Below, in pieces: positions 49,488 to 61,179 of a stretch of DNA of 64,000 nt. Each line of letters begins with the position of its first letter. Position 1 is the first letter of the stretch. Under the pieces are notes generated by a model. The model worked only from the letters and a program-made list of their open reading frames with translations, was not told where the DNA came from and searched no databases. This stretch comes from Psilocybe cubensis. Taxonomy: Eukaryota. A program made the translations under genes and the position numbers. The DNA is taken from NCBI GenBank assembly GCA_017499595.2, contig CM039006.1, positions 2,232,001 to 2,296,000 on the forward strand, in the 5' to 3' direction.

Positions 49488-52400
49488 AAGTTGAAAAGAC
49501 GAAGTTAAACTAGCCTAATTTAAAAGGGTTACTTTTAACTAGAAATAACTCGGGGATTAGGCGACGGGGGCCCCCTCAACCGAGGTTAACAAGTCGCGTA
49601 AGGCGTGCTCGTTCAACCCTACTAGCAGCGGCAATGTATGGCCGGGCCTGGTAGAGGATAAAAAGCAAAAAAGACTAAAATGACCGTTTTGTGAAACTAT
49701 GCAGAAAGCAACTTGGTTCGCAAAACACGGAATTGGAGCGCTTAGAGCGCGGGGCCCATAACCTGTTGAAGCAGGCGAGCTCGGGGCAGTGTGAGCTACT
49801 CGGCGACCTAGTTATAGAACGTAGGGCGCAGGGATAAGCGAGCACGAAGCGTCTGAAGTCCGAAGTGTATGACATGATTTTCCGTTGAAAATGTGAAGTC
49901 CCTGAGACTCGTTTATGGTGAGTATAAAAATAGCAAGTTGAATATTGTAGTACGTACAATTGATGCAGGTTTTGTAACTAGGTACGTAGTTGATAGCGCT
50001 TGCACAATGGATTGTAGTACGTACTCTGCTGTGGTCGTACTGTAGCCCTGGTTTATTTTGTTCATTACCTTGGTTTTTTCTGTCAGAATTTATAAGCTCT
50101 ACACGCTAACAAGCGCATGTGCCAAATATTGTGTTATTTCTATATAAATTGAAACTCACTGTTAGAAATCCTTCCTCTCCAGTGCGTCTCGGGATTCTCT
50201 GCTCCCTTGGCTTCAAAAAATTGGTGTATATGTATTGGCAAGACACTTGGCAAAGCACAAATTCCAATAACAGGCCTTGCCGTGGATGGGCCGAAATAGA
50301 GTCAGGACAATTTTGAGAAACTCTGTGATAATTTTTAGAGTAATTATCCACAAAGATAGAAGGATTTTTCCGGGGCAATACCAAGGAGTGCACCTTGAAA
50401 ACCATGATCGCACCACGACACACGTCACTGTGTACTAAGCATTGTGCTATATTTAACTTGGTAGCTTGTTTCTCATTGTTTGGGTCCTCGTTAACTACCT
50501 ATTATGATGTACAAAAAGGCCGGATACTTATGAGTACAGCTGAGATTCTGAATGTTCGAATTTTCAACGGAAAATTGTGTCATAGAAGTGAGTAACTGGG
50601 TGAATTGAGCAAAGTGCTAACAAACTAACCTGAAGTCCTAAGTGAGTAACTGGGGACTTCAGGATGTAAACTAGAGTGACTATATACTGTGTAGACTCAA
50701 GTATTCTGGTCTACCTAGGTCTACTCTGGTCCGGTCCAGACCAGTCTATGGACTAATAAATATCATGTGTCTAGAATGGTCTGGAGAGCAAATGAAGATA
50801 AGAAGAAAGTAATCTAATCTGATAAGATAGCAAAGTGAGGGAGACATAGAGAGCAGTTTTAACACTCCTCCCTGTTCTGACAAGTCTCCAGAACAAAGAA
50901 AAATAACGCAAAACAGAGAAAGAAAGATTAAAGTTTGAGACCCATTTTATCTCTACAAAAGTCCACTTTGGGAGGTGAGAGGGGTTTGGTGAGAATATCA
51001 GCAGCTTGCTGATCAGTAGGAATATAAGAAGGAGAAATCTTTCTAACACCAACAGCATCCCTAAGCCAATAATAGCGCAAATCAAGGTGTTTCATCCATC
51101 CATGGTACTCTGGATTCTTGGAAACACTGATAGATGACTGGTTGTCCATATACAGTACAGAGAGCTCAGTGACTGTGTAGCCAAACTCCTCAAGGATATT
51201 GCACATCCACACAATTTCCTTGGCTGCCTCCACTGCAGCAATATACTCTGCCTCAGTAGTAGACAGAATTACAACAGTTTGGAGTTTGCTTGCCCAGCCA
51301 ATAGCACCTCCAGCTAGAACGGTCAAATAACCACTCGTAGAGCGTCCAGTATCTACACAATCACTATGTGCAGCATCAGTGTAGGTGACAAAGTTATCAT
51401 GGCCCACAGCCCCAGAATAAGTCAACTTGTAATCCAGAGTGCCTCTGAGGTAGCGGAATAAATGTTTAACTGCAGCCCAATGCTTAGGCCCAGGATTGGA
51501 GTTGAAGCGTGCCAGATAGGACACAGTAAAAGCAATGTCAGGACGGGTCATGGTGGCTAGATACTGCAAGGAGCCAACTGCATTGAGGTAGGGAACATTT
51601 CACATAAATTCCACCTCATCTCCATTCTGAGGTCCATCTGCCTTGGACAGAACAGTGCCCACAGCCATAGGTGTTTTGACCGGATTAGAATCAGTCATGC
51701 CATATGTATCAAGCATATCGAGGATATACTGACGCTGATGCAAGGAAATGGTTTTAGCAGCCATATCTCGCTCAATGGCAACACCAAGTAAATACTGTGT
51801 AGGACCCAGATCACGGAGTTCAAAACGCGCAGCTAGCTGCTTAACAGCTCTATCTATGGCAGCGTCCGATTTGGAGGCAAAGGTAATGTCATCAATGTAA
51901 ATGGGAACAATAATCTTCACATCTCCATCTGAATAGATGTAGACAGAGCGATCTGATTCTATACGCTTGAACCCCATATCTGACAATGCCTCATGCAACT
52001 TGAGGTTCCATTGACGTGCAGACTGCTTAAGACCATAGAGCGACTTTTTGAGCTTCAAAATCATGTTAGGACCACCTTACTGAAATCCTTCGGGTTGTAA
52101 CATGTAAATCTCCTTGTCCAGGACACCTTTAGTGAAAGCAGCTGTAATATCAACAGAGCGCAACTTCAAGTCCCCAATGGCGGCCAGAGCCACAATCAAG
52201 CGGAAAGTAGCAGGGCAGAAAGTAGGAGCAAAGACCTCATGGTAATCAATGCTAGGGCGCTGACTGTAGCCCTTGGCAACAATACGAGCCTTATAGCCCT
52301 CTATACTGCCATCTGCATTTCGCTTGATTTTAAAGACCCAACCACAGCCAATTGCCTTTTGACCCGGAGGGAGCTCAACTCGCTCCCAAGTTTGGTTGTG

Positions 52401-54814
52401 CTGCAACAGATTAAATTCTGTATTAGCAGCCTCTTCCCACATGTGCGCATCAGGCGCTTTCATTGCCTGTTTGAATGTGCGCGGATCTGCGCTTGAAACA
52501 AGCCCAACAAACTCCACCTCTTCAAATCCAGGATCATTGGCTTCAGGTGGTTCAGGATCATGTGAGACCTTCCACCATTCACCAGGCTGCTTAGGAACGC
52601 GAGTAGTGCGTCTCAACGTTGCAGGATCAACTGGAGCATGCTGGCGGCGTGCAGGCTTAGGAGGAGGTGCAGGAACGGCCTCAGGCTGTGGCGGTTCAGC
52701 TGGCTGTTCAGGAGGTGCAATAGGCACCTCTGGCTCAATGACAGGAATTGGAGTAGAGTCATCCTCATCATCATCAAAATTGAAGCCATTAGAGTCCCCC
52801 CCTGAATTGGGAGGTGGTGCACTTGCAGAAGAAGTGGGAAGAAGGTCAAACTTTGGCATAGGGCCAGTGGACACCCCAGGGAAGCACCTTTTGTCGAAAT
52901 TAGCTCTCTCAGAGATAATGAACCTTTTGGTGACTGGGTTGTAAAACTCTGAGCCCTTGTACCTAGTAGGATACCCAACAAAGATACACTTCTCCATATG
53001 AGGCTGCAACGATTTGCGCTTATCTCCCTGAACATAAACATATGCAAGGCAACCCCAAACCCTCAAATGACTAACATCAGGTTTGCGCTTGTTCCAGCTT
53101 TCATACGGAGTCTTGTCCGGTAGAGGAGCTGTAGGAACACGATTCCATACATGCATGTATGCTGCAACACAGCGACCCCAAAACGAAGGTGGAACACGAG
53201 CCTCATTGAGCATGGAAGTAACATGTTCTGCTATGGTGCTATTTGCACGCTCTGCAACTCCGTTCTGTTGTGGGCGATTTCGCGTTGTATGACGACGCTC
53301 AATGCCACACTGGTCAGTGAATTTGATGAAAGCATTTGACATGTATTCACCAGCTTTGTCATCCTGCAGCGCTTTGATCTTAAAGCCTAATTTGTTCTCA
53401 GCCCATGCTTTGTACGTTTGAAACGCACTGAATGCATCGCTTTTGCGCTTAAGAAGCACAGCAGCTCTACTCTTTGTATGGTCATCAATAAAGGTTATCC
53501 AGTAGCGATAGCCTTCAGGAGTAGGGGACGAGATAGGACCTGTCAGATCTGAGAAGATAAGCGCAAGCGGAACATCTGACATGCTGGGTGAAGAAGGAAA
53601 TGGGTTGGAATGCATCTTGCCTGCAAGGCAAGGTTCACAAATGGGGTCAGGCTGTTGCTGTGAATTCAGCTTGAGTCCGGTGACCATACCCTCTCTAATC
53701 ATCTTCTGGATGTCAGTGTAGCTATGATGAGCAAAGCGACGATGCCAGAGACTGATATCAAGGGGTAGAGTGGAATTGGAGGACATAAAGGCAGACTCCG
53801 AAATAGGAACTGTATAACCGTTCAATAAAGCGCAGTTTGATGTACTAACATCTCGGCAGAGAAGAGACAAGCTCCTTTGCAATGAAACTCCATCAGATTA
53901 GCATCAATGGTGATTTTGAAGCCTTTGTGCTTTGTGAGGTATAGAACAGACAGTAGATTGTTTCGGAGATCTGGTACATGTAAAACTCTAGTTAACTTGA
54001 CGCCTCTTGACTTTATTCCATTTACAACTGGTTCAAAGAACACAGTGCCCACCCCTGCAAAATAAATAACTCGTTCATCTGCTAATTGGATTGGAATGCG
54101 AAGGGCGGTGTAATTTCTAACCCAATTGCGATGGGGCGTCATATGAGAAGTTGCCCCTGTGTCTGCAATCCAATCGTCATTAGTTTGGGGTGAAATGGAA
54201 GAGGGAACATCGGTATTAAGAGCACTTGCATTTCCAGCAAATTCCATTTCCTTGGACTCTTTTTCCTCACTGGATGCCTCTGAGGCCTTGTGCGCTCTGT
54301 TGCCTTTGCGAGCCGCTTTGACACGCTCCTTCGCATCCTTTTGCGCAGCAATGAACTTGTGACACTTGTCCATTGCATGGTTGGTCATATCACAAAATGC
54401 GCACTTGGGCTTGGATGCAGAAGGGGCTGGAGCGGTCTGGAATGCGGTGGCGAATGCAGGCAACTCCGAAGCGCGGCGACGTCGCTGTATGTTCTCTGTG
54501 ACAAAGGCTTGATGAATTGTAGCCTTGTCTAACTTGTCCAAAAGGAGAAGTGAGGATGCAAATGAACTGTATTCTTCTGGGAGTGCCCTGACCAGAGCAA
54601 GCGAAGCAAGCTCTTCATCAAGCTTAGCCAGATCAAACCCCTTAGGGCGAAGCTGCTGAATTAGCAACATGGCTTGCTCAACTCTATTGATCAGGGTTTG
54701 AAGGTTTTCACCTTCCTCCTTTCGGATGGAGAACAGATCATTATATGCATTAAAGCGGTTTCCAGGGCGCTTTTGCTGATATACAGCGGCGAGGGCATCC
54801 TACATCTTGATAGC
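49488..54814 (-). mobile_element. Ty1/Copia element, 5'-truncated. Its 3' LTR (49764-50864) also serves as 5' LTR of a second, truncated tandem unit
   Basis: gag CCHC, protease (IADTGAT), GAG-pre-integrase, integrase, RT (YIDD) and RNase H (YTDA, TEAEY, ADILTK). PPT at 50865-50874; PBS GGTTATGGGCCCC (minus strand) at 49751-49763. Confidence 0.92.
49868..50584. mobile_element. Non-autonomous TIR element (717 bp, 6-bp TSD, TAT...ATA ends; IS3EU-like) inside the Copia LTR
   Basis: TSD GAAGTG at 49862-49867 and 50585-50590. 25-bp TIRs TATGACATGATTTTCCGTTGAAAAT with 2 mismatches. The empty LTR site is visible at ~55085-55100. Confidence 0.88.
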
Positions 54815-57800
54815 TGTTAAAACTGCTCTCTATGTCTCCCTCACTTTGCTATCTTATCAGATTAGATTACTTTCTTCTTATCTTCATTTGCTCTCCAGAC
54901 CATTCTAGACACATGATATTTATCAGTCCATAGACTGGTCTGGACCGGACCAGAGTAGACCTAGGTAGACCAGAGTACTTGAGTCTACACAGTATATAGT
55001 CACTCTAGTTTACATCCTGAAGTCCCCAGTTACTCACTTCGGACTTCAGGTTAGTTTGTTAGCACTTTGCTCAATTCACCCAGTTACTCACTTCGGACTT
55101 CAGACGCTTCGTGCTCGCTTATCCCTGCGCCCTACGTTCTATAACTAGGTCGCCGAGTAGCTCACACTGCCCCGAGCTCGCCTGCTTCAACAGGTTATGG
55201 GCCCCGCGCTCTAAGCGCTCCAATTCCGTGTTTTGCGAACCAAGTTGCTTTCTGCATAGTTTTCATAAAACGGTCATTTTAGTCTTTTTTGCTTTTTATC
55301 CTCTACCAGGCCCGGCCATACATTGCCGCTGCTAGTAGGGTTGAACGAGCACGCCTTACGCGACTTGTTAACCTCGGTTGAGCGGGCCCCCGTCGCCTAA
55401 TCCCCGAGTTATTTCTAGTTAAAAGTAACCCTTTTAAATTAGGCTAGTTTAACTTCGTCTTTTCCACTTGCGTTCGCATCGCACCCCGAGCTCCGGGTAA
55501 CGCCTAGTTCGTTTCCACACATCATTACACATCCCCACACATTACTACCAACACTCGTATCCATCCGCTTACGCGTTTCTTCGCAATTCGCAATAATGAC
55601 TTCTGATCCCCAAATCACTCCATTGAACTCAACCAACTACAACACCTGGGCAGGCCAGATGACTGCCTATCTCCAGTCTAAAGGGATATGGCGCATTGTC
55701 AGCGGTGCTAGAGCACAGCCAACGCTCTCAGACAAGCCTACTGCTCAGGAGGAAGCTTTGCTTGAAACCTACTTTGAGCAGAGAGACAAAGCATGTGGTT
55801 TGATCTATCTCAGTTTGGAAAATGATCAGAGGGTTCATGTGGAAGCCATCAAGGATGATCCTATCAAGATGTGGGATGCCCTCGCCGCTGTACATCAGCA
55901 AAAGCGCCCTGGCAACCGCTTTAATGCATATGATGATCTGTTCTCCATCCGAAAGGAGGAAGGTGAAAACCTTCAAACCCTGATCAATAGAGTTGAGCAA
56001 GCCATGTTGCTAATTCAGCAGCTTCGCCCTAAGGGGTTTGATCTGGCTAAGCTTGATGAAGAGCTTGCTTCGCTTGCTCTGGTCAGGGCACTCCCAGAAA
56101 AATACACTTCATTTGCATCCTCACTTCTCCTTTTGGACAAGTTAGACAAGGCTACAATGCATCAAGCCTTTGTCACAGAGAACATACAGCGACGTCGCCG
56201 CGCTTCGGAGTTGCCTGCACTCGCCACCGCGTTCCAGACCGCTCCAGCCCCTTCTGCATCCAAGCCCAAGTGCGCATTTTGTGATATGACCAACCATGCA
56301 ATGGACAAGTGTCACAAGTTTATTGCTGCGCAAAAGGATGCGAAGGAGCGTGTCAAAGCGGCTCGCAAAGGCAATAGAGCGCACAAGGCCTCAGAGGCAT
56401 CCAGTGAGGAAAAAGAGTCCAAGGACATGGAATTTGCTGGAAATGCAAGTGCTCTTAATACCAATGTTCCCTCTTCCATTTCACCCCAAACTAATGACGA
56501 TTGGATTGCAGACACAGGGGCAACTTCTCATATGACGCCCCATCGCAATTGGGTTAGAAATTACACCGCCCTTCGCATTCCAATCCAATTAGCAGATGAA
56601 CGAGTTATTTATTTTGCAGGGGTGGGCACTGTGTTCTTTGAACCAGTTGTAAATGGAATAAAGTCAAGAGGCGTCAAGTTAACTAGAGTTTTACATGTAC
56701 CAGATCTCCGAAACAATCTACTGTCTGTTCTATACCTCACAAAGCACAAAGGCTTCAAAATCACCATTGATGCTAATCTGATGGAGTTTCATTGCAAAGG
56801 AGCTTGTCTCTTCTCTGCAGATGTTAGTACATCAAACTGCGCTTTATTGAACGGTTATACAGTTCCTATTTCGGAGTCTGCCTTTATGTCCTCCAATTCC
56901 ACTCTACCCCTTGATATCAGTCTCTGGCATCGTCGGTTTGCTCATCATAGCTACACTGACATCCAGAAGATGATTAGAGAGGGTATGGTCACCGGACTCA
57001 AGCTGAATTCACAGCAACAGCCTGACCCCATTTGTGAACCTTGCCTTGCAGGCAAGATGCATTCCAACCCATTTCCTTCTTCACCCAGCATGTCAGATGT
57101 TCCGCTTGCGCTTATCTTCTCAGATCTGAAAGGTCCTATCTCGCCCCCTACTCCTGAAGGCTATCGCTACTGGATAACCTTTATTGATGACCATACAAAG
57201 AGTAGAGCTGCTGTGCTTCTTAAGCGCAAAAGCGATGCATTCAGTGCGTTTCAAACGTACAAAGCATGGGCTGAGAACAAATTAGGCTTTAAGATCAAAG
57301 CGCTGCAGGATGACAAAGCTGGTGAATACATGTCAAATGCTTTCATCAAATTCACTGACCAGTGTGGCATTGAGCGTCGTCATACAACGCGAAATCGCCC
57401 ACAACAGAACGGAGTTGCAGAGCGTGCAAATCGCACCATGGCAGAACATGTTACTTCCATGCTCAATGAGGCTTGTGTTCCACCTTCATTTTGGGGTCGC
57501 TGTGTTGCAGCATACATGCATGTATGGAATCGTGTTCCTACAGCTCCTCTACCGGACAAGACTCCGTATGAAAGCTGGAACAAGCGCAAACCTGATGTTA
57601 GTCATTTGAGGGTTTGGGGTTGCCTTGCATATGTTTATGTTCAGGGAGATAAGCGCAAATCGTTGCAGCCTCATATGGAGAAGTGTATCTTTGTTGGGTA
57701 TCCTACTGGGTACAAGGGCTGGGAGTTTTACAACCCAGTCACCAAAAGGTTCATTATCTCTGAGAGAGCTGATTTCGACGAAAGGTGCTTCCCTGGGGTG

Positions 57801-59576
57801 TCCACTGGCCCTATGCCAAAGTTTGACCTTCTTCCCACTTCTTCTGCAAGTGCACCACCTCTCAATTCAGGGGGGGACTCTAATGGCTTCAATTTTGATG
57901 ATGATGAGGATGACTCTACTCCAATTCCTGTCATTGAGCCAGAGGTGCCTATTGCGCCTCCTGAACAGCCAGCTGAACCGCCACAGCCTGAGGCCGTTCC
58001 TGCACCTCCTCCTAAGCCTGCACGCCGCCAGCGTGCTCCAGTTGATCCTGCAACGTTGAGACGCACTACTCGCGTTCGTAAGCAGCCTGGTGAATGGTGG
58101 AAAGTCTCACATGATCCTGAACCACCTGAAGCCAATGATCCTGGATTTGAAGAGGTAGAGTTTGCTGGGCTTGTTTCAAGCGCAGATCCGCGCACATTCA
58201 AACAGGCAATGAAAGCGCCTGATGCGCACATGTGGGAAGAGGCTGCTAACACAGAATTCAATCTGTTGCAGCACAATCAAACTTGGGAGCGAGTTGAGCT
58301 CCCTCCGGGTTAAAAGGCAATTGGCTGTGGTTGGGTCTTTAAAATCAAGCGAAATGCAGATGGCAGTATAGAGCGTTACAAGGCTCGTATTGTTGCCAAG
58401 GGCTACAGTCAGCGCCCTGGCATTGATTACCATGAGGTCTTTGCTCCTACTTTCTGCCCTGCTACTTTCCGCTTGATTGTGGCTCTGGCCGCCATTGGGG
58501 ACTTGAAGTTGCGCTCTGTTGATATTACAGCTGCTTTCACTAAAGGTGTCCTGGACAAGGAGATTTACATGTTACAACCCGAAGGATTTCAGTAAGGTGG
58601 TCCTAACATGATTTTGAAGCTCAAAAAGTCGCTCTATGGTCTTAAGCAGTCTACACGTCAATGAAACCTCAAGTTGCATGAGGCATTGTCAGATATGGGG
58701 TTCAAGTGTATAGAATCAGATTGCTCTGTCTACATTTATTCAGATGGAGATGTGAAGATTATTGTTCCCATTTACATTGATGACATCACCTTTGCCTCCA
58801 AATCGGACGCTGCCATAGATAGAGCTGTTAAGCAGCTAGCTGCGCATTTTGAACTCCATGATCTGGGTCCTACATAGTATTTACTTGGTGTTGCCATTGA
58901 GCGAGATATGGCTGCTAAAACCATTTCCTTGCATCAGCGTCAGTATATCCTCGATATGCTTGATACATATAGCATGACTGATTCTAATCCGGTCAAAACA
59001 CCTATGGCTGTGGGCACTGTTCTGTCCAAGGCAGATGGACCTCAGAATGGAGATGAGGTGGAATTTATGCAAAATGTTCCCTACCTCAATGCAGTTGGCT
59101 CTTTGCAGTATCTAGCCACCATGACCCGTCCTGACATTGCTTTTACTGTGTCCTATCTGGCACACTTCAACTCCAATCCTGGGCCTAAGCATTGGGCTGC
59201 GATTAAACATTTATTCCGCTACCTCAGAGGCACTCTGGATTACAAGTTGACTTATTCTGGCGCTGTGGGCCATGATAACTTTGTCATTTACACTGATGCT
59301 GCACATAGTGATTGTGTAGATACTGGACGCTCTACGAGTGGTTATTTGACCGTTCTAGCTGGAGATGCTATTGGCTGGGCAAGCAAACTCCAAGCTGTTG
59401 TAACTCTGTCTACTACTGAGGCAGAGTATATTGCTGCAGTGGAGGCAGCCAAGGAGATTGTGTGGATGTGCAATATCCTTGAGGAGTTTGGCTACACAGT
59501 CACTAAGCCCTCTGTGCTGCATATGGACAACCAGTCATCTATCAGTGTTTCCAAGAATCCAGAGCACCATGGACGG
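54815..59576 (+). mobile_element. Ty1/Copia element (5' LTR 54815-55192, PBS 55193-55205, gag-pol from 55596), 3' end lost
   Basis: 378-bp TG...CA LTR, GGTTATGGGCCCC PBS, 905-aa ORF, then stops at 58311, ~58593, ~58663 and ~58876. Cut in RNase H (NPEHHGR) by a Gypsy LTR. Confidence 0.93.
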
Positions 59577-61179
59577 TATCATACCCCAATCCTTATTAGA
59601 GATGAGATGTTCATTTTGGATCTACACACAATGCCCTCAACCCAAGCAGTCATTCTTTCCATAAGTCATCCACCCATCTTATCTTATCAACACTCGTCAC
59701 ATGTGAGCCATGTTATTCCGGATCATGTTATTCTGTCGGATCATCAAGGCTATGCAACGGATCAGTCAACCATTAAACTGCACAGCATTCTACACTGCCT
59801 TGCACAGCCGGACTATCAACTCTATTTTTATCAACTCAATGGTCTTACTCAGCATCAGACTGCAGATTACTCATTCCAACTTATTTTTGGTTTGTCTTAC
59901 TCATCCTTTTGTGTTTATTTATATCTTTTCTATTGTCTGTTGCACTTTTATTGTCCTTGTCTTACCAATCCTCTATGCTTTCTGACTCATTTACATTCAC
60001 CTTTGTTGTACACTTCTTTCTTACTCATCCTATTCATTTCTTATCTGTCGTCATGTTGATATTGACATGTCTTATTGTTCTTGCTTATTGTTATGCTTGC
60101 GTAGCCTCATTCTTGACACTTTGTACAGTATATGACTCGGTTTTCAGTAGTTCAGATTGATATTTTGTTCATGTAGTTTTTAGTATAAAAGCTATAGTAG
60201 AATTACACAAAATGACAGGAAAGTTACACCCAGTCCCCACTTTCTTCAAAGCAAGTCAATTTTCATCCAAGTCAAGTCAATTTCAAGTCAATCCACATTG
60301 ATTCATTTCAATTCCTAGCCCAAGCCCAAGCCCAATCCCAAGTCCAAGTCCAATTCAGTCATCAGTTCCATCCTCTGTCGAGACCAAGTTTACTTCCATT
60401 CATCCGAAGTCATCTCGCTTTCCATTAACAGAGGATTTTATCTGAGACCAGTCCTTCTTCTCCTCCAATGCCTCTTTTTCCCAGCATTGAAAACCCTACT
60501 TCTGTCCAGACATCCAGAACTTTTCTACTTCCTCTCCTCTATCCAACCTGTCATCATACTTTCCCTTTTTACGCCTTCTAACCATTGCTGTTAGGAGTTG
60601 TTCTAAGACATCCTTCCCTTCGTTAACTCATCTGGAGTGATTTTATTCAAGATAGACTTATCCATTCAGTCTTAATATAGTCAATACTTTTGCAACGTAC
60701 AACTTCATTTCCAATGTCAGAAAGATTGTCAATTTAAAGACACTTTCACCTTTACCATCCATTAACCAAGATTCAGCCATTCAATGATGTTCCTACTCCC
60801 AATCACCTTCTTATTTCTCCTTATAACGTTCCCAATTCTTTTCCAACTACCCCTTTAAGATTCACCTTTATTGATTTTTTCTACTCATTCTACGCACCCT
60901 TGTCGTATTTTCCCTATACACCTGCCATCCAATTTCATGGCTCTATTCTATTTTCTGAAGGTTTATTTACCATCATACCCAGAAAACCTGGCTATCCACT
61001 ACTTACCAATTACCCTTTACTATCCATACTATCCTTATCTACCTAAATCCTAGGCAATATCCTCCCTTAAGAAATTAAGATGAAGATTTCATCCTATCTA
61101 GACTAGACCATTTTTTCTTTAGGGTTTGTGTTTGTTGGGTTATTTATAGTTTATAACCAATCACAAACTTCAATCTTCA
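59577..61179 (+). mobile_element. Gypsy-family solo LTR (more diverged)
   Basis: TATCATACCCC...CAATCTTCA with no PBS after it. The flanks (ACGG, GCGC) differ. Confidence 0.9.

Noticed and set aside
26007-59576. ACGG flank shared by the LTR ends at 26011 and 59577 as evidence of one inverted insertion
   Set aside because: The host sequences differ (Gypsy gag versus Copia RNase H), and a match is likely by chance given the NCGN bias.
58908-60059. 383-aa ORF as a novel fusion protein
   Set aside because: It is Copia RT/RNase H reading by chance into the inserted Gypsy LTR, downstream of several stops.
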